Assembly (NCBI GenBank): GCA_051362555.1
Contig: CM120643.1
Location: forward strand, 10,912,001 to 10,976,000
Reading direction: 5' to 3'
Length of the DNA: 64,000 nt
Origin: Lingula anatina
Taxonomy: Eukaryota; Animalia; Brachiopoda
Position 1 is the stretch's first letter. Each line of letters begins with the position of its first letter. This document shows positions 52,172 to 61,689 of the stretch, in pieces. The position numbers and the translations under genes are program-made. The notes under the pieces are model-generated. The model made no database searches and was not told where the DNA came from. It saw nothing but the letters and a program-made list of their open reading frames with translations.

Positions 52172-53330
52172 CTAGTGTTGTTTACTTGAACATACTCTAG
52201 CAAAATGATTTGTTTTGTGACATTTGTGACAAAATTGACCTTTTGCTGGACATTTGTGTTGAGCTAATGGTTCCCACTTACCACAGTTTCTGCAATAGTC
52301 TGGTTTGTTGCTGCGTGGTCCATTGTTTCTTTGTCTGGACTGGTTGGACTGTTGACGAGGTTGCTGAGTCTGTTGATACCTTGCTTGTTCATTATACGGC
52401 ATTTGGGTCCTGCTGTTAGATTCTAGTTGTGCTGGTTGATTGATCTGCTGGGCTGGGTAGCTGAACTGCTGGGTTGGGTAGGTAAACTGCTGGGCTGGGT
52501 AACTGAATGGCTGGGCTGGTTGAATAAACTGCAGTGCTGGGTAAATATACTGCTGTGGTGGGTAACTAAACTGCTGCAGCGGTTGACTGAAAGGTTGTGG
52601 TTGTTGACTTAACTGCTGAGGGTGTTGACTGATCTGTTGTGGTTGTTGATTGAACTGCTGGAATTGGCTGGAGTAAATTTCCTATTGTTTCCTGATCCAC
52701 TTTCTTGTCATTCAGGTTTGTGGACATTATTGCTGCTTCAGCTAATGCAGCTGCCTCTTCTAGTTCTTGTAGGGAGTTTGTCTGTTTTTGAATGACAAAT
52801 TTCTTGATTTCTGGGAGCAATGATGGAATGATATACTGTGACATCTGATCTTCTGGTATGCGTGCTTGGTTGGCTAAAGTTCTTTTCCTTGTTATAAAGT
52901 CCAAAACTTTTTCATGAGGTGCCTGTACCATGTTCTGTAATGCTGCAATTTTGTCATAAGCGTGAGGATGAGGAGAGAATCTTGACTGGAATGCTCTCTG
53001 TAACTGTTCATAGTTTTCTTGAATGTCCTGTGACAATTGTTCATGCCACTCCTCTGCTACTCCATCTAAATAGAGAGGAAAATGATGCACCTTTTCTTGA
53101 TCATTCCATTGTTTAGCTGTACAAAGTTTGTTATAGCGTGATATCCATCGTGCAGGATCTTCTTTTCCCGTAAATAGTTGTAGAGGGACTCCTAGTTGAA
53201 TTTCTGGTTGTGCTCTTACTCTTGCTTCTTGCGGTTGGGGATCAACTCCTGGGTGGACTTGCTCTTGTTGATTCATGATATTTCTATTTCGAAGCTGTCT
53301 GATTATGTTGTTTTCTGGTACACTTGACAT
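52172..53330 (-). pseudogene. gag: gag split over two frames: capsid-like ORF 52566-53330 and Q-rich plus zinc-knuckle frame 52172-52681
   Basis: FTGKEDPARWISRY..W..HFPLYLDGVAEEW..YEQLQRAFQSRF..MVQAPHEKVLDF is a typical retrotransposon Gag capsid signature. The second frame ends in CHKCHKTNHFARVC (CX2CX4HX4C), preceded by CRNCGKWEPLAQHKC. Confidence 0.9.
52430..52660 (-). repeat. Coding minisatellite, 11 x 21 bp (QQFSYPA-like heptads)
   Basis: QQFNQQP QQISQHP QQLSQQP QPFSQPL QQFSYPP QQYIYPA LQFIQPA QPFSYPA QQFTYPT QQFSYPA QQINQPA; span 231 bp = 11 x 21. Confidence 0.9.
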
Positions 53331-53353
53331 CTAGCGAGAGGTACTTTGGGGAT

Positions 53354-53368
53354 CTTCAGGCTCCACCA
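53354..53368 (-). other. Primer binding site (probably tRNA-Ala)
   Basis: Minus strand TGGTGGAGCCTGAAG immediately follows the 5' LTR. TGGTGGAG is complementary to the ...CUCCACCA 3' end of tRNA-Ala. Confidence 0.75.
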
Positions 53369-53967
53369 TGTAACACCAAGCCATTGTTACGTTTCTAGAG
53401 ACTCACTACAATCTGTGTGATCTCTACCTTTATTCTGTACAATCCAGGTATTGGTGTCACTGGTCCACTTCTATCTGCTGACTATATGTTCTACTCTACA
53501 CTACTTCTGACTACTTCATGTGAAGACACAAGACTCTAATATGACAGTATATTGCAAACTCTTCTCCTTATATACTAATACACAAGGACAATTACATTAC
53601 AGTGATTCCTTAAGCAAGTCAGAGATATTGAAGCCAATTAACAGAATTAAGACATATTGCAGGAGACCTTTAACACAATTAGACCAAGGCTGATTTAAAC
53701 TTTAACTAGAAGATGAAGCCATAAATGAAGTTGTTCAGTCCTGAAAACATCCTGCAGAACTTTAATGTAATTTTAACTTGGACATCTAAATACATTTATT
53801 ATACACTGACATCTGACTTGATTTGTGTAGAAGTTTAATGTAATTTACTTAAATATTCACTTAATATAATTTTAGGACATCTAAATATAATTTAATTACA
53901 TATAACTTGAACTAAAATAGGGATTTTCTGAAATTAAATTTGGCCATGAAATCACCTCTATGATATG
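53369..53967 (-). repeat. 5' LTR
   Basis: Direct repeat of 49797-50395; the outer end reads GATATG instead of GATACA. Confidence 0.95.
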
Positions 53968-54629
53968 TGTGTAAGATCAGGCCTGCTTCTGTCCAAAACT
54001 AAGTCTATGTAAAATAGGAATTTAAAGTCTTTCCAAAACTTTCAGGAGCTGAAAAAAGTCGGAATATTTTATAACCACTCTTATTTAACAACTTTTTATG
54101 CTGATTTTTTAAGACATAATGGCAGTGTAAATACTGCAGTTTATAATTAGATGAACAACCCACAAAATTATAATTAACATTTTTTTCTGGTGTCATCAGC
54201 AATTGATATAAGTAATTTATTTCTATGCCAAGTCCCAAATTAAATAACCCAATGCTGTCTCCACAACTTTATTATTTGCTCAACTTAATAGGGTATGACA
54301 CAACTTTTGGTACCAAAATGTAGCATGAGCATTTATTATGTTCTTTTATCATCTTTTAGGTGCTTTTATAATCAACCCGCACTCACTCACAAGCTCCAGA
54401 CCAAAATTATATGAAGAGTTATATGAATAATTAAATGAATACAATGCACATACTAATTTTTTTTCGGGATTCAGCAATTTTAAGTTTTAATGCCAAGATA
54501 TACTGTCTTTTCAAACCATTAATCTAATCATTATGTATTGTCCTGTTTTTTAGTTCTAAGTTTGTAATTTTTACTGTCACAAGTTATTTACTTCAGTTTC
54601 TATACATTTCCACTACAAGACTGGCTCAG

Positions 54630-54633
<4 letters not shown>

Positions 54634-54662
<29 letters not shown>
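54634..54662. repeat. Poly(A) run
   Basis: Directly visible. Confidence 0.9.
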
Positions 54663-54664
<2 letters not shown>

Positions 54665-56988
54665 ATAATTCTGTGAACAGTTTGGGGTGGTATACCTTAT
54701 AATAATTGATCTAAAAGGAGAAATTGCTCAAATTTCTGTCATTTCTGTAAAATAAAAATTTTGCAATATAAAGGTGTAATGAATGTACATTGTATGACTC
54801 TGGGTTTCAAATTTTACAACCAATTTATTTTTCACTGGTATAAATCTTTAACTTCCACCAAAACAGCTGGAAATGACTTGTGGATAGCTTATGAAATAAA
54901 GAAAAGTTCCCTGTGGCATAATTGCAGGTCAGGACCTCCCCAAGCATACTGGTTTAGCTGTATCACTATAAGTTATTAGTAATGCTAGATGTGAAAGACC
55001 ATAAAACCGATATTGCTTAGTTGGATTAGATAGCCAGCTATTAGGGTAAAGCAGCCAGAGAATAATCCTCCCCCCACCCCCACCCCGAATCTTGTGTGAA
55101 ACAGGCTACAGAAATGTCATACTTCTAAGGACAAACGAATGAATGTTCACATAGAGCTAAGATTTATTTGTTCTCTGATTTATCTTATTATGAAGACGTA
55201 GTGAGACCTGTACACTTGCATTCACTCTTTCAATAAAATCAGAAAAAAATGTTGATCAAAAAATTAATTGAATGCAAATAAGTATAGAAAAATATAGCAA
55301 AATTTCTCCTTGTAATGCGCAAGGGGATGCAAAATTACAGCTCCAGAGGCTTTCCTTCAGGATAACCATACAGTTTCCACTATCCTCTGTTTGAAGCAAC
55401 ACCCAGAAAAGTAGTCTCCTGCAGAGAAAAGAGAGATTAACAGAGTCTTGATTTGGTCATTTAATACCAGTAATCTGTAAGAGACTATTTTCACTGGTCC
55501 TTACAGAAAGGGAGCCCGGTTATCACAGTCACCTGATACTTGGCTCCACTAACTGGAAACTGCATACAAAGTATATGCAGCAGCAAAAACATGAAGTGAA
55601 AAACAGCTTTCAAACTCGTGAAAAATGAGCCCTCAAACTTCAGGACTACATGGTCATTACACAGATACAGCCATCAGAAAAAAGTATTTAAAATTAGTCG
55701 GTGATTTAGGAGTTGGAAGCAAAGTAGGATGTCTTTGATTTACCTTGTGATAAACTTCTATATTCACAGTGAAGTTAATATTTTATTGTGACATTTTTGC
55801 CCTTCTTTGGCTTTTATTTATCTTCCTTTATTGTAGTTGTTGAGTATATGATGTTTGTCATAAAGTAAGAGGGCGTATAAAAGGAATTTCTTCAAAAAGT
55901 GGCATTGTTTTTAAGGTAAGAGTATTTCAAAAGAACAACTATTGTGGCCTGTTACTTATACTGTCTGGACTTCAGCACTGTCCTGGTCTGACCGTGAAGA
56001 AGTTATCATTACCACAAGTATACAGTTAATGCCATTATAATGCCATTATATATTATCAAGATAAAACCCAAATCTACACCACATATCTATATTAAAAACC
56101 CAAAGCTATATATATTGAACCCAAGGTATTTAGCATATTATTTTATGAAATCCCCTCTGCCATCTGAAGAAGCCAACTCTAACTTGAAGATAATGTTAGC
56201 ATCCGCAATTCTAAAACCCTATTGAAAAAGTGAAAATAATTTTTTTAAAATAATATTTAATAAATTTGGTTATATGTTATATTATGTTTAAACTTGTTTA
56301 AAATGAGATTGCACCTTCCCGCTCCCCCCCCCCCACACCTCACATGAGGCATTTCATAACAAAAGTAACTAACAGCCCAATAGTTTTGATTATGAGATCT
56401 TTGAAATTTATCAAATATCTTCCAAATATTTACTCAAATTGTTCAAAGCACTGGGTAGATTTCATTGTGGTGATTATTAATGCCAAAGTAGAATGCATAA
56501 ACCATAACCCAATAAGTGATCGATAATGCAACATATTGAAAATATTGAGTTTTCATCATTGATCTCAGAACTATTGGGATCTTGTTTGTGGTCTGGTCAA
56601 TAATTAACTGGTGTAACCTAAAATAGCTGATGAATTATTTAGTAAAGATGGATTACAGGATGTTATGTTCAAATATATTTCAACATTTGTCTGATCCAGA
56701 GTTGTGAGATCTGAGTAAAGTTATCAAATGGATTAAGGGCACATAGTGTGCATTACAACTTTATATTTAAAAAAAGGAAAGAAGTGATGACTTCTTGAAA
56801 TGGCAGCAATTTATAACCAAGGTATACCACACCTATAACCAAGTTATTCTTTATCTAAAACTGTTGAAAAAATTGTGTACTATCAACCCAATTTTGAGTT
56901 CTTCATTCAGAAGTACACAAGTTGTTTTGTCAACAGTTTTAAGTTTAATTAGTCCATTAATTTTATTCATTTATTTTTTTAATTACAG

Positions 56989-57071
56989 GTGTAATGCAGT
57001 GACAGTGCCATGTTAACAACTGATGTAAACTTATATGGAATATTTGCAGCCTAGATAGAACAACAAACAGG
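56989..57071 (+). other. Candidate 5' UTR exon of the zinc-finger gene
   Basis: Strong acceptor TTATTTTTTTAATTACAG|G and donor AGG|GTAAAT; no transcript support available. Confidence 0.3.
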
Positions 57072-57791
57072 GTAAATATTCTGGGTTTATCTAAGATTGA
57101 TCTTTGCTTTCTCGGCATGGTTACAGTTTGTTGAGGCAAAGTACCTTTGCCAAATCAAATTTGAGAAGCAAAAAGAAAACATATTGGCGAGATTTTTTTT
57201 TTTAATGTTGCCTCAAGCATGTGGTAGATATGAGGTGCCGACTTGGGTTCTGTTCTTACAGAGGTGTTTGCTCATACCAACCTTTATTTAGCTCCTCCCA
57301 GGGCAGCTTGTTCACTTATCCTCTTGTTCAAGTCTTCCCCTCACCCCAGCATGTCTGCAGGTACGCACACACATGCGGACGTGCGCACACACGCAAACAC
57401 ACACTGTCTGCCTCTTTATTATTCAGTTTTGTTTTTATCTTTCATTGTTTATTATGTTCTATTTTGTTGTGAGCGAATATTTTTTTATAAACTTTAAACT
57501 GATAATTTTGCAAAGCTTTACAGGGATTTGCTAGACATTGACTGATGTAATAAATCCTTTCAGAATTTTTGTTCTATGCAGAATTATCTGTAAGAATCAC
57601 CCGAGACTGATCTTGCTTTGCATAATGATTTTATACATAGATATCAGTGTGATAAAGTGTTCATGATTTGATTATAAAAGCCACACGTGTTTTTATTCTT
57701 TCACTGGCATTTAGGTATTCATGGTCATATGCTTTGCATAAAAATTAATTACATTCAATGATAAGAATTTTTGTTGTATATTCAGATCACA

Positions 57792-60700
57792 ATGGCAGAA
57801 GACGGCTTGAGTCCTGACGTGTTGGATTCTCCTAATACCGGCGACATGCCAAAAAGAGGCCTGAGAAATCGAGTGTGTAAAATATGCAAGTTCACCACAA
57901 GTGATCCCAGGGAATTTTCTCACCACCAGATATCAGCCCATGATGAAGGAGCAGTGGAACACCTCAAACAGTTTACTCAGCAGGGGCGAAAGAACCCTAT
58001 CTCCTCCAGATCATCTCCACGCAACTCCACAGAAAACGTATTTGAATCGGCTAATGGCGATAACTCGTGTGACATAATCGGGGATGTTCTTGAGGAGGAA
58101 GGTTTTGATGACTTAGAAGAGGGGGCATACATGCGTGTTAGCGGTGGACACACAAGAACTTACAGGTGCTCTCACTGTACTCTTACGACCACCAACGCAA
58201 CAGAGTTTCTCCATCACCAAGTAGAAGAACATGAAGCAGACTTTCAGATATACGAGTGCCCTGTCTGTAACTATGCAACTAAGTACAAACAAAAGCTTGG
58301 CAGACATGTGAAAGTACATTCACCGGCTGCGAGCAGACCTGGATCGGCACCAAAGATTAAAAGTGTGCAAGTAGACTCCACTTCTGATGAAGGTTATACT
58401 GAAGTTTATGAAAATGGAGATCCAAATGGCAATGTTGATGACTACAATAAATCTGCAGAGAATGATGGCAAAAATACACTGTTAAATGTTAATGGAGTTA
58501 AGTCACAAGTTGATGCCAAGGGGGCTTCAAGTAGGAAAAACATCACGGAATCAACAATTGGACAAGCTCGGGGTACAGCTCAAGATGGCACAAATGGTCT
58601 TGGCAGTGGTGATGAGGTGGATTCAGAAGAGGAGGTCATTGAAGTTGACCTTGATGATATTGAAGATGAAGATGAGGAATTTGATAGTGAAGATGATGAG
58701 GACATGAGCTTGGAGGATTATTCCACAAGCATGGAATCAGCCACAGTGATTGACATGCAGTCAAATCTGCCAGTCAAAAAGAGGGTTGCTGTGGAAAAAT
58801 GGAAGTATTTTCCAATACAGTTAGAGAAAGGGAGAAAGTTTGCCTGCACAGCTTGTGGGAAGGCCTATTCATGGAAGAAGTCTGTCAACAAACACTGGAA
58901 GGACAAGCATGCCAAAATAACAAAGCCTGAAAACTTGCCCACTCTAAAAATCCCTTCACTCACTATCAAAGATAAGACTCAGCCAGTAAAGTTTGTTCAT
59001 CCTGCTGTAGATAAAAACAAGTTTCTACCAGTTCAGGAAGTAAAGCCTACAAAAGCAGTAACAGCTGCCACTGTAACTCTTAACCAAGGAAACCAAAATG
59101 GACAGGGGTCAGCGATCAGCTCTCCCTTAGATCAGACATCGCAGACCAAGGCTGTGCTAGAGGTATCAACACCTAGAGTCAATGTCCACGACAAAATGTC
59201 TTCCACAAAGGTGTCTCAGGAGTCTCCTCCACCTGCTAGCAAATTACAAACCTCTAGCATCACCTTCCAAGCAGTTAACCAGCCTGCAGCTACCACTGCC
59301 ATGCCAGCAGTGTCTTACTCATCACAGCCAGTCAGCCAGTTAACACCCATTCATAGGAAACTTGCCGCTCCGTCTGAAATCCAACCCCCCAGTAGTATGG
59401 AACACCTCATGAAGTTGATTCCACCACCCTCAAACAGTCAGGGCTTGAATTCCAGACCCTCCAGTCAGGGTTCCATTGAAGGACGTGGAGGAATACTGAC
59501 CCCACCTAATTCCTTCTCAAGACCATCTAGTCAAGGATCTGTGCCAGAAAACCCATTCCGTGAACAGTCACCATCTTTGAACTCAAGCAATATGCAGGTT
59601 AATAATGATGGTGCCTTAGATCTCTCAGTCAGGTCAACCCCCCAAAATCAGCCTCCTGTGAAATCTGTACCCCAGTCTGCACCGATAATACCTGCGTACA
59701 CTGCACAACCACAGGATGAACCGTTAGATTTCTCTGTGAAACCATCCCCAAAGGTGTCAGCGCCGTCACAACAACAAACTCAGAACCTATCTAGTGACGT
59801 GTCCACTGGGCGATCGTGGACATTACGGTGCAAGCAGTGCCAGAAAAACTTCATGACCGAAGAACAGTTCAATAAACATTTTCATGAAATTCATGTGCCT
59901 AACCTCATGGCCCCTATACAAAACCTGCCAGTCAAGTCTCCAGAAAACCAAGCTACTACGACCAGCAAGCCAGTGGTGAATGCACCCATTTTTAAATGTA
60001 ATGTCTGTGGCATAAGGTACCCAACCAATAGAGGGCTCTCCAGGCATATGTATGAATCGCACCCAAACATCCCACCCCAACACTACCAATCACAGAATGC
60101 AGCAAACCAGATATATAGATGTAATCAATGTAATTATGCCACCAAGTGGTCAACAGAGTTGGAAAATCATAAGAAGAAGCACATTCAGTCCACACGTAAC
60201 AAGTGCCCATCTTGTGGTTTTTCCTGCCCCCAGAAGGCTGACCTTCGAAATCACATTCAGCGTTATCACCCTTGGATGATACCAAAGATCAGGTTCCCTC
60301 AGACCGAAAATCAGAGTGGTAATTTAAATGTGCCATCTGGACAAACCTGGAGTTCTCAGTACACTTGGAATAGGGCAGCACACAGTCAGTCCACATTCCC
60401 ACTGCAACAAGCACCACCATCCTACCAATCATCTGCACCCACTCAAGTAACATCTAAATCCAGTGTTGAAGTAATCACAATAGATGATGACCAGGGCGAG
60501 AGTGAGATCCCCAGTGAAGAAGATGGTATATCAAAGATACAGATTGCCAGTGTCCAATCTCTGAGCAACTTTAATTTTGAGAGCCAGGGTTTCACAGCTG
60601 AACAAAGTTACTCAGATCAAAGTACTGATGAAATGATGCAGGTCCAGTCACAGGATGGTGCCACTGTGGACATTGTTGTGCACAAGTGCCCCTTGTGTGA

Positions 60701-61305
60701 ATTCCGTGCAAGATGGCCGTCAGAGATAACACAGCACATGAAGAACCATTCTGATGAGAAGCCGTACCAGTGCCCCCGCTGTAGCCACTTTTCTAAGTGG
60801 AAGTGGGACATCGTGAAGCACATGAAGAAGTGTGGGGATGGCAGTGGCACTATTCATGATGTCGTGGACAACACGCTGGGTTCCACAGGTGAGGTAGCAA
60901 ACACAAATCCAAGCCACATATCAAATACTAAAAGCCCCAGTCGATCAAGACCAACAGTTCAGCAATTACTTGCAGCCCGCAAGACTCAAGCTCTCAGTGG
61001 TGGCCCACCCAATGTGACAGTCCTGCCCTCAGGGTCTGTCTCTAGCCCGGCTGGAACATATGTTCACACGCAGGGAGTGACAACAGAGGTGACAGCCTCC
61101 AACGCACTTGCTATGAAGCAAGCTATGATCTCCCAGGCCACAGTGGCTGCTGCTCAGCCTGTGCTTCAAGGAGGGCAAATGATACTTGTGTCACCAGATC
61201 AATATGGGAAGCTGCCCATACCTAGAATAACTTCTCCACCAGGAACTAAGACACCTCCAAAGGCCTCACTCAAGTCGGTTCCGCCAAAATCCCCTAAATT
61301 CACCA
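57792..61305 (+). CDS. Large dispersed C2H2 zinc-finger protein, coding exon A (10 fingers)
   Basis: ORF of more than 1170 codons; acceptor TTCAG| at 57785, first ATG at 57792 (ACAATGG), donor A|GTAAGT at 61306. Ten CxxC..H..H/C fingers, an acidic tract, and ALDLS and PLDFS motifs. The ORF-track start and C-terminal tail run into introns. Confidence 0.9.
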
Positions 61306-61689
61306 GTAAGTATTTTGATTACATAAAGAACAAGGTTAACTTAAAAATCAGCTGCTGTGAACTTTTTTTTTTTTTTTTGACTAAGACATTGGACATTTGC
61401 CTTTAGGCTGAGTGCTGAAATTTGATTAGTAATATTTAGTTTTGATAAAGTATAACGTAAGCCATGGAAAAATAATATAAATTTTAACTCTATATTTGCC
61501 TATGTAAAAAAAGCTTGGAAAATGTTTTATATTTCTGAAACATTTGATTTTGCAGTACCTTTTCCACTTTTTAAACTTAGGTTTGATTTTTTTGAAGTTA
61601 AAACAGATCACGAAAATGATTTTAGTGCCATAATGTATAGTACGATATATTTGGTGATGATTTCAATTCATTTTTTTTTCAATTACCAG
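61306..61689 (+). other. Phase-1 GT-AG intron, 384 bp
   Basis: GTAAGT ... TTTTTTTTTCAATTACCAG; splicing gives in-frame KFT-S-LNIGGQHHCLHC. Confidence 0.9.

Larger units (their letters stand above)
49797..53967 (-). mobile_element. Non-autonomous Ty3/Gypsy LTR element (gag, deleted pol, remnant env), 4171 bp
   Basis: Two 599-bp direct repeats, PBS, PPT-like tract, 4-bp TSD TGTG (49793-49796 and 53968-53971), and a gag with capsid-like region and zinc knuckle. Confidence 0.95.

Noticed and set aside
52430-52660. CRISPR-like array
   Set aside because: The units are contiguous 21-bp coding repeats with no unique spacers, in a eukaryotic context with no cas genes.
52674-52680. A-AAT-TTA, a canonical -1 slippery heptamer in the gag frame
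   Set aside because: The -1 frame reaches a TAA after about 23 codons. The zinc-knuckle frame requires +1, so standard -1 frameshifting does not explain the split.
52566-53330. Domesticated Arc/PNMA/PEG10-like host gene
   Set aside because: The ORF sits between nearly identical LTRs with a PBS and TSD, so it is a recent insertion rather than an old exapted gene.
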